DNA of 64,000 nt from assembly GCA_963675525.2 (NCBI GenBank), contig CAXXSL010000016.1, positions 832,001 to 896,000 of the forward strand, read 5' to 3'. The stretch's first letter is position 1; every line of letters begins with the position of its first letter. The position numbers and the translations under genes were made by a program. The notes below the pieces were generated by a model. That model did not search any database, was not told the DNA's origin, and saw nothing but the letters and a program-made list of their open reading frames with translations. The stretch is from Anaerohalosphaeraceae bacterium (GTDB lineage: Bacteria; Planctomycetota; Phycisphaerae; Sedimentisphaerales; Anaerohalosphaeraceae). Below are positions 57,506-64,000 of the stretch, piece after piece.

Positions 57506-58096
57506 TTATTCTCCGGTTGCTTTGAACGTAGCGAGAATGCTGTTGATTATTTCCGCCGGAGTTTCGTTGTCTTTCAGACCCACAAATGCGATTTCCGGCC
57601 GTCTCCCGCTGCCGCCGCTACTCATACTACCGGTTCCCGGTGTATAGATTCCCAAACTTGAAATGTCCAGCATGCGCTCGACAATGTTTTGGCTCATTTC
57701 CACGTCGGTGATTTTGTGATAAGGGACGGAATGTTGAAGACGGCGTAAGATTCCCCCGCGGAAAATACAACGGCGATTGGTAATGGTATAACAATAAGTA
57801 CGCCGCAGATAGATACAATATACAAAAGCAGTGCCCATGATGAATAAGACGATTGTAATCCCTGCCGGGAGCCCAAAGGCCAGCAGTTTGCCCTTTGTAT
57901 CAGAGCCGATCTCCAATACGCCAACGATCGGGTAAAAAATCACAATTAGAAATCCGGCGCCGACAATGGTTCCCAGAAACGCCTTTAAAAACCAGATTAC
58001 CAGCAACTGGCGCCCAGGTCTCATTTCCAGCAGCACGTCTTCGTCTTCCATTAATTTCACGGCGTTCTCCTTTAATCGGTTTTTAGCTGTTTCCAA
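57506..58096 (-). CDS. membrane protein with bacterial PH domain
   Basis: two TM helices; YTITNRR...GIL....VPY.KITDV...Q...ER. Confidence 0.8.
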   Translation of the reverse strand: METAKNRLKENAVKLMEDEDVLLEMRPGRQLLVIWFLKAFLGTIVGAGFLIVIFYPIVGVLEIGSDTKGKLLAFGLPAGITIVLFIMGTAFVYCIYLRRTYCYTITNRRCIFRGGILRRLQHSVPYHKITDVEMSQNIVERMLDISSLGIYTPGTGSMSSGGSGRRPEIAFVGLKDNETPAEIINSILATFKATGE

Positions 58097-58719
58097 ATCA
58101 CCAATGAATAAATCAATGTAATCAGCGCAACGGATAGGACAGGGGCCAGCACAAACACAATGGCGTATTTGGGGAAGGCGGCGCCGATGAGGATAATGAT
58201 GGCCGCAACGCGAAACAGAATCCCGCCGAGTTTATGTGTTTTCTGCCAGACGATCTCGTTGCTCAGTGTCCACGGGGTACGGATGCCGATGAACCAGTTG
58301 GGCTTGACGTGCGTCATGATGATGCCCAGGTAAAAAATCAGGCACCCTATCCCGATGGGCATAAAGACATTGGCAGGAATTTGAATGCCCAGGTTCCACA
58401 GAATCATCCAGCCGTGTATCGCCAGCAGGAACAGGTTGAGGATAATGATAAAGCCTGCATAATAGCTGAAAAATTTTTTGAAGTTTTTCCTGAGGGGGTC
58501 GATCAGCAGAATCACAAAAAATAAGAGGGCTTGAAAAATCATAATCGCCGGCATGAGCCATACACAGACGGATTTCGGCATCCAGCCGTCCACTTGTCCG
58601 CCGGGGCCCCAGTGCGAAGCCATGCAGTCGGGCAGTTTCGGATATGCCAGTAAACTAGTCACCACTGCTGCTAATACGATTATAAGAATAAAAAAAAGTG
58701 TTATTTTTCGATTCATCAT
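58072..58719 (-). CDS. SdpI-family membrane (immunity-like) protein with DUF1648
   Basis: LPD.MASHW...GQVDGW; PNWFIGIRTPWTL..E.VW.KTH. Confidence 0.9.
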   Translation of the reverse strand: MMNRKITLFFILIIVLAAVVTSLLAYPKLPDCMASHWGPGGQVDGWMPKSVCVWLMPAIMIFQALLFFVILLIDPLRKNFKKFFSYYAGFIIILNLFLLAIHGWMILWNLGIQIPANVFMPIGIGCLIFYLGIIMTHVKPNWFIGIRTPWTLSNEIVWQKTHKLGGILFRVAAIIILIGAAFPKYAIVFVLAPVLSVALITLIYSLVIWKQLKTD

Positions 58720-59489
58720 TGTCCCACTTTCTTTAAGACGTAGTATTTTGGCTTCTGTCCGCGTTCCGTCACATCACCGCTGATCCATTCCATAAACAGG
58801 TAGTCATTCTCGTTGATCCGTTTGATGCTGAAATGTGCCGGATACTCCGAGTCATAATCCACGGTATTGCCGCGCCATTGCGTTTTTTGTCGATTTTCTT
58901 CGAAAATTTGCCATACTGTTCCGGTCTTTAGAAAAGCCAGCCCCCGCAGAAACGGCTCCATTGTTATGCTTTTATGTTTCGGGTCGAACTGTTCAATGGT
59001 CTCGACGAAGTCCACTGTTTTCCATCGTCCGACCGGGTTGGTATTGACCTCATCTGGGAGGTTTGCTTTGGTGCAGACATAATAACAGGGTTTACGGTCA
59101 AGAATTATTACGTCATCGGATATCCACTCAACAAAAAGGCAGGGTTGCCCGCCAAGGAATTTTAAACTGTATGCGGCCGGTCGCTCCAGCGAGGATGTTA
59201 TTGTCTTGTCGTCCCATTGCGCTTCGCAACTGTAATCATTGCTAAATTTCCATACAGCCGTACCACCGTTTTTCAGTTGAATGCTTTTTAGAAAAAGCAT
59301 TTCCTGCGGGATTTTCCGTTCCGCGGTAAAATCGTCAATTTTTTCAACATACCCGATACAGACCCATTCGCCGGCCATATCGGTGATTGTGTTGGCGTCA
59401 GCAGGTCTTTCCGTGTTTTGTGTTGCAAATAAGCAGCCGATTAAAATTTGAAAAAGAAAAGTTAAAATGAAATTAAAATTTGATTTCAT
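58716..59489 (-). CDS. exported protein with two copies of an uncharacterised ~110-aa domain
   Basis: hydrophobic N-terminus; repeats G.W....V..I..F ... LF.EWISxDV...G.KP.YYV. Confidence 0.75.
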   Translation of the reverse strand: MKSNFNFILTFLFQILIGCLFATQNTERPADANTITDMAGEWVCIGYVEKIDDFTAERKIPQEMLFLKSIQLKNGGTAVWKFSNDYSCEAQWDDKTITSSLERPAAYSLKFLGGQPCLFVEWISDDVIILDRKPCYYVCTKANLPDEVNTNPVGRWKTVDFVETIEQFDPKHKSITMEPFLRGLAFLKTGTVWQIFEENRQKTQWRGNTVDYDSEYPAHFSIKRINENDYLFMEWISGDVTERGQKPKYYVLKKVGQ

Positions 59490-59492
59490 AAC

Positions 59493-60926
59493 TTACCCCG
59501 CTTTCTTCAACACATAATAAGCGGGTTTCTGTCCGCGAATGGTTACATCGCCGCTGTTCCATTCCATGAAGAGATAATCACCGTCATCATAACGTTCGAT
59601 AAAATATCGAGCGTCAATTTCTTCATCGAGCAATCTGCCTTTTGTCCATCGATGATTTATTTCCATCAGGTCTTCCCCCAAACACCATTCGACAAGGCCT
59701 TCTTCTTTAAAGTCCAGACTTTTTAGAAATAGTTTTCCTCGCCATGACGGCTGGTTTGGCTGAAATGTTTCCGGGCTTCCGACAAAATCGACAGTTGTCC
59801 AGGGACCGAGTACCTGCGGGTCGTTTTCAAACGGCATTTTCTTTGTTTCTTCAACCTGTTCAGGACGTTCGGTTCGCTTGAAAACATAGTATCCCTGATT
59901 GCTGTATTTTGTGCGGTATTCGTAAAACAGATAATCCACTCCGTTGAATGGCTTGATCGAATAGGCGGCCGGCCAGATGCCGAACGGGCGGATCTTTCCT
60001 TTCGTCCAGTCCAGCCCGATCGGCTGACTGTTGCCGATGGTCCACCAAAGTTGACCATTGTCTTCAAAACGCAATGTTTTCAAATACAGTTCAGCGGTTT
60101 GCTGTTCTTCGGGATTAAAGTCTTCGATTGTTTTAACAAAATCCACAGAGAGCCAATCCCCAATTGCCTGCGGGTCGTTTTCAAACCACTCCGGAATGAT
60201 TGTTTCATTTCCTGTCGCTTTTTTGAAAACATAATAAAACGGTTCCTGTCCGCGAATGGTCACGTCCCCGCTGATCCATTCACAAAACAGGTAGGTCTGC
60301 CCGTCAATGTTTCGTAAATAATAAAAGGCCGGACGTTCACTAAGCGGATTAACTTTTCCTTTGGTCCAGTGGTGTTTGTACTTTTTGCCTTCAATCAACC
60401 ACCAAATTACGCCTTTATCTTGAAAATCAAGAGCTTTTAGATAAAGACTGCTTCCCCAATTTTTTTTGGCAGGGTCAAAATCATCTATCATTTTGACAAA
60501 ATCAATACTGATCCATTTTCCGAGCATTTGTTCATCTAATTCGAATTCAACAGATTTTTCGGTAGAAATCTGAGATGGGATCTTTTTGGCATTATAGACC
60601 ATGTAGCCGCCGACAGCCATCAGTACGATAACAAACACAACCGCCAGAAATTCATTAATGCCGAAAGCTGCTTTCTTTGCGGCGGTGGTGTCTTCACTCA
60701 GCAATTCCGCATACTCCTGCGGCGGGCCCATCTCGGTGATGATCTGCTGAAACGCTTCCCATGTTCTGTGCTCGGGCGGCAGGTCGGCGTACTTGTTTTC
60801 CAGATGTGCGGCCACATCGTTTAGGATCTCCGCGGTTTTCGGCGAATCCACAGATGCCAGTGCCTGTTCAACATGTTTCAGATAATTCTGTTTGAGTTCC
60901 TGCCATTGCTGATGTTCGGAGGTCAT
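59493..60926 (-). CDS. single-pass membrane protein: N-terminal HAAS-like helical domain plus three copies of the same ~110-aa domain
   Basis: YLKHVEQAL...EILNDV..HL...IITEMGPPQEYA; TM; three (FEND)..G.W...DFV repeats. Confidence 0.8.
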   Translation of the reverse strand: MTSEHQQWQELKQNYLKHVEQALASVDSPKTAEILNDVAAHLENKYADLPPEHRTWEAFQQIITEMGPPQEYAELLSEDTTAAKKAAFGINEFLAVVFVIVLMAVGGYMVYNAKKIPSQISTEKSVEFELDEQMLGKWISIDFVKMIDDFDPAKKNWGSSLYLKALDFQDKGVIWWLIEGKKYKHHWTKGKVNPLSERPAFYYLRNIDGQTYLFCEWISGDVTIRGQEPFYYVFKKATGNETIIPEWFENDPQAIGDWLSVDFVKTIEDFNPEEQQTAELYLKTLRFEDNGQLWWTIGNSQPIGLDWTKGKIRPFGIWPAAYSIKPFNGVDYLFYEYRTKYSNQGYYVFKRTERPEQVEETKKMPFENDPQVLGPWTTVDFVGSPETFQPNQPSWRGKLFLKSLDFKEEGLVEWCLGEDLMEINHRWTKGRLLDEEIDARYFIERYDDGDYLFMEWNSGDVTIRGQKPAYYVLKKAG

Positions 60927-61261
60927 AGAAAATCTCCTTTCCGGACGTGTTGAATGCTGTCAATCATTTGCTCCCAGTGGCTGTTCATGTCAGCCAGTGT
61001 TTCGACCCCGGCCGCGGTCAGCTTGAAATATTTCCGGGGCGGGCCGTCGGCGCTGGGTTCGGCGTAGCTTTCGACCAACGCCTCCTGCTGTAGCCGGGCC
61101 AGGATCGGATAGACATTGCCTTCCCGAATCTTGAGCCCTTCGATTTTCCGCATCCGCTGGACCATTTCATAGCCGTGACAAGCCCCATGAGACAACAAAT
61201 TCAGGATAACGATGTCCAGCATTCCTTTTCGCAGTTGTGTCTGCCAGTTATCAACATACAT
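60923..61261 (-). CDS. PadR-family transcriptional regulator
   Basis: QLRKGMLDIVIL, HGYEM, EGNVYPILARL, GPPRKYFKLT; ATG 61261 with AAGGAG RBS. Confidence 0.93.
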   Translation of the reverse strand: MYVDNWQTQLRKGMLDIVILNLLSHGACHGYEMVQRMRKIEGLKIREGNVYPILARLQQEALVESYAEPSADGPPRKYFKLTAAGVETLADMNSHWEQMIDSIQHVRKGDFL

Positions 61262-61363
61262 AATTATTATCTCCTTATACAGTATAATATATAACAGCAT
61301 AGCTGTTCGTCAAACCTTTATTTTGCAGTTGGCTAAAAAAATTTAAAAATTGTAAAAAAGTTG

Positions 61364-61399
61364 TTGACCAAACGGTCGATAATGACTATATAGTCATTA
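61364..61399. promoter_or_regulatory. tandem palindromic operators, probably bound by the TetR protein, overlapping its promoter
   Basis: TTGACC-aaac-GGTCGA and perfect 20-bp palindrome TAATGACTATATAGTCATTA immediately before the ATG. Confidence 0.75.
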
Positions 61400-62074
61400 A
61401 TGGTTATGGATGTATCACAAGAAAACAGAGACGGAATTGTTGAAACGCCGAAAAAAGCGATTAACAGAACCGAAAAGCGCGTTGCCAAAACAAAAAAGAA
61501 GCTTTTGGCCGCAGCGCTGGAAGTGTTCAGTGAGTACGGTGTTGACGCAACGACCATTGATGATATTACGCAGCGGGCTGATTTGGGTAAAGGTACTTTT
61601 TACCGGCATTTCAGTGATAAAGCGGAAATTATGTCCTGTTTGGTGGATCAGGCGATTGAAAATTTAATCGAGAAACTCCAGAAGGTGGAATCGGTAACGA
61701 CTATCGAAGAATCGCTGGATTGCATTATTGATGTGCATTACCGGTTCTTTCTGGAGCATCAGGAAGAGTTTATTTTACTGTTTCAGGGGCGTCTATTCCT
61801 GAAACTGGATCGGCAGATCACCGAGCAGATGGAAGAACCGTTTAACCGGTACTTTGAAGCCATTGAGAATCTGCTTTCGCCCTATGTGAGTGAAAAAATG
61901 GACCTCTTACGGATTCGGCGATTCGCCTGTGCTGTTGCAGGATTTGTGTTTGGTTTCTTTTCCTTTGCGATGATCGGCATGGAGTCCGAGGAAATCGAAA
62001 CCGGCATCAAACCGCTGCGTCAGAGTTTTGTGAAAAGCCTGTCGGCGTTTTTGGTTCAACAAAACAAAACTTAA
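61400..62074 (+). CDS. TetR/AcrR-family transcriptional regulator
   Basis: LLAAALEVFSEYG...TTIDDITQRADLGKGTFYRHF.DK. Confidence 0.94.
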   Translation: MVMDVSQENRDGIVETPKKAINRTEKRVAKTKKKLLAAALEVFSEYGVDATTIDDITQRADLGKGTFYRHFSDKAEIMSCLVDQAIENLIEKLQKVESVTTIEESLDCIIDVHYRFFLEHQEEFILLFQGRLFLKLDRQITEQMEEPFNRYFEAIENLLSPYVSEKMDLLRIRRFACAVAGFVFGFFSFAMIGMESEEIETGIKPLRQSFVKSLSAFLVQQNKT

Positions 62075-62113
62075 CCAAAGTTTAAATGAAAAAAAGAAAG
62101 GGATGCTGAAGTC

Positions 62114-63481
62114 ATGGAGCAGCACATTCAAAACGTCATTACGGAACCTACGGAAGAGAAGTCCTCTGAACCTCCCAGTACATTGAGGGCGGTTCAGGAA
62201 CCGTCCTCCCCCCAAACAGAAAACGAACCCCTATGTAAAAAACTGTCCCAATGGAATGACTGGCGATGGCAGATTCGCAACCGCATCCGGTCTCGGGAGC
62301 AGTTATCCAAGTATGTGCCGTCACTTTCAGGGCGACATGAGCTTCAGAAGGTTATCGAGAAGTACCCAATGGCGATTACGCCGTACTATGCTTCGATTAT
62401 CCAGCAGGCGGATATGTCCGACCCGATCTTTCGCATGAGCGTGCCGAACATCCAGGAGATGTATGATCCGCCGTGCCTGACGGATGATCCGCTTGAAGAG
62501 CATCAGGATATGCCGGTGCCGGGACTGGTGCATCGCTATCGTGACCGCGCGCTGTTGCTGGCAACGACGATGTGTTCGATGTACTGTCGTCACTGTACGC
62601 GCAAGCGCATTGCCGGAACCCGTGAAACCGCGATTTCCGCGCGCCGGATGCGTCAGGCGCAGGAATACCTTTTCAGTCACCCGGAGATCACCGATGTGAT
62701 CGTTTCCGGCGGCGACCCATTGACCATGTCCGATGCCGCGATTGAAGCGGTGCTCAGTATGCTGCGCTCGGTGCCGTCGGTGCAGGTCATTCGTATCGGA
62801 ACCCGCGTTCCGGTGGTGCTGCCGATGCGTATTACTGACGACCTGGTCAACATTCTTAAGAAATATCATCCGCTCTGGATTAACACACACTTTAACCATC
62901 CCAATGAGCTGACCGAGGAGGCCCGCGCTGCGTGCGCGAAACTGGCCGATGCAGGGATCCCGCTGGGCAACCAGACGGTTCTGCTTCGCGGCGTCAACGA
63001 TGACCCGCAGATCATCGAGCAGCTTTGCCGGGAGTTGATCAGTACCCGCGTTCGCCCGTATTACATGTATCAGTGTGATCTGGTGCGCGGCGTCGAGCAT
63101 TTTCGTACATCGGTCCGCAAGGGCATTGAGATTATGGAATACCTTCGTGGTCGAATCAGCGGGATTGCCATTCCGACCTTTGTGGTCGATGCTCCGCACG
63201 GCGGCGGCAAGATTCCGGTGCTGCCGACCTATGTGGTCTCGATGAGTCCAACGCATACGGTACTTCGGAACTATGAGGGCGTATTGGTCAGTTACCCGGA
63301 ACCGGGAGTGGATATGGAACCGGCACTCAGAGCGGCGGTGAATGAAACGGGCGTGTGGGAACTGGCATCCGGCAAAGCCGATGTCATTCAGCCGGCGCAT
63401 ACCCAGCGTATGGAACGCCGGGATAAAATCATCACAAAAAAGGGCCCGTCTCCGTCAGCCGGTTACCTGTTTGATGCGTAG
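62114..63481 (+). CDS. kamA: KamA-family radical SAM enzyme (lysine 2,3-aminomutase-like)
   Basis: WNDWRWQ, GLVHRY.DR, CSMYCRHCTR (CxxxCxxC), SGGDPL, NQTVLLRGVND, DAP.GGGKIP. Confidence 0.9.
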   Translation: MEQHIQNVITEPTEEKSSEPPSTLRAVQEPSSPQTENEPLCKKLSQWNDWRWQIRNRIRSREQLSKYVPSLSGRHELQKVIEKYPMAITPYYASIIQQADMSDPIFRMSVPNIQEMYDPPCLTDDPLEEHQDMPVPGLVHRYRDRALLLATTMCSMYCRHCTRKRIAGTRETAISARRMRQAQEYLFSHPEITDVIVSGGDPLTMSDAAIEAVLSMLRSVPSVQVIRIGTRVPVVLPMRITDDLVNILKKYHPLWINTHFNHPNELTEEARAACAKLADAGIPLGNQTVLLRGVNDDPQIIEQLCRELISTRVRPYYMYQCDLVRGVEHFRTSVRKGIEIMEYLRGRISGIAIPTFVVDAPHGGGKIPVLPTYVVSMSPTHTVLRNYEGVLVSYPEPGVDMEPALRAAVNETGVWELASGKADVIQPAHTQRMERRDKIITKKGPSPSAGYLFDA

Positions 63482-63519
63482 AATATCCATATAAAAAGAC
63501 ATTCTACGGAGAACGTACC

Positions 63520-64000
63520 ATGATCCGAATTACGCGTGTCAACCGAACTGTGCTGCCGATAGAACATGAGCGTATCGCTCAAGTTCAGGAGATTTTTCGT
63601 CAAAATTTTTCTTCGGTGGCTGATTATGCGGAGAAAATTCCCGACCTGCTGGAGAATCCCATCAAATACGGCTATACCACCGTACTGCTGGTCAGTGAGG
63701 CGTCGCTGGGGCGCGTGACGGGTTTTTCGCTGTTTATCTACTTTCCGAATGTCCGCAGTGCGGTGCTGGACTTTATGGCGGTTCGTCGGGATATTCATGG
63801 TGCCGGCACGGGCAGTGTTTTGTATGAAGCCACGCGCGAATATCTTAAAGAGATGAATTGTCATGGACTGTATCTGGAGGCATTGCCGGATGATTCGGGG
63901 GTCGTGAAAGATGCGGCGATCTTGAAAGAAAATCAGCGGCGGCTTCGATTCTATGAGGCCTACGGTGTTCGCCCCATTATCAATACGGCCTATGAAACTC
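63520..64000 (+). CDS. GNAT-domain protein, N-terminal part (runs off the window)
   Basis: not in the ORF track; open from ATG 63520 (GGAG RBS) to the window end; LDFMAV..DIHGAGTGSVLY acetyl-CoA motif A, RLRFYE. Confidence 0.8.
   Translation, partial: MIRITRVNRTVLPIEHERIAQVQEIFRQNFSSVADYAEKIPDLLENPIKYGYTTVLLVSEASLGRVTGFSLFIYFPNVRSAVLDFMAVRRDIHGAGTGSVLYEATREYLKEMNCHGLYLEALPDDSGVVKDAAILKENQRRLRFYEAYGVRPIINTAYET

Noticed and set aside
1..64000. CRISPR array, rRNA or tRNA genes
   Set aside because: No regularly spaced identical repeats, cas genes or stable-RNA signatures were seen.

Overview
Chromosomal segment of a bacterium, most likely a planctomycete of the Phycisphaerae/Sedimentisphaerales type. 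This is inferred from the H-X9-DG proteins, a PEP-CTERM protein and secreted proteins with dockerin-like C-termini. The backbone carries housekeeping genes: ppdK, DAHP synthase, mnmA, tyrS, nrdR, ilvB-ilvN and a detached ilvC, ftsY, nusA-infB-rbfA, hisG, yebC, acyP and msrA. Glycan-active genes (alginate-lyase-like multidomain protein, BNR/sialidase-like, GH16, GH3, GH39) and small AT-rich accessory islets are interspersed. The best-supported unusual element is an apparently intact IS110-family (IS1111-type) element at 10816-12217. It sits at a CT core inside a REP-like palindrome, and its downstream non-coding region has two internal-loop hairpins whose loops match the insertion target and the element's own ends, i.e. 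a readable bridge/seek RNA. Other points of interest: a REP/RAYT region with cassette-like H-X9-DG paralogues; two convergent structured non-coding RNA candidates, one with GGA-loop hairpins; an RHH + HEPN-like (DUF4145) islet; a PadR operon with five copies of an unassigned domain; long structured leaders of ilvB and nusA; and a cluster of frameshifts at 31-38 kb that may be assembly errors. No rRNA, tRNA or CRISPR array was seen. All family assignments come from motif recognition by eye, not database searches.
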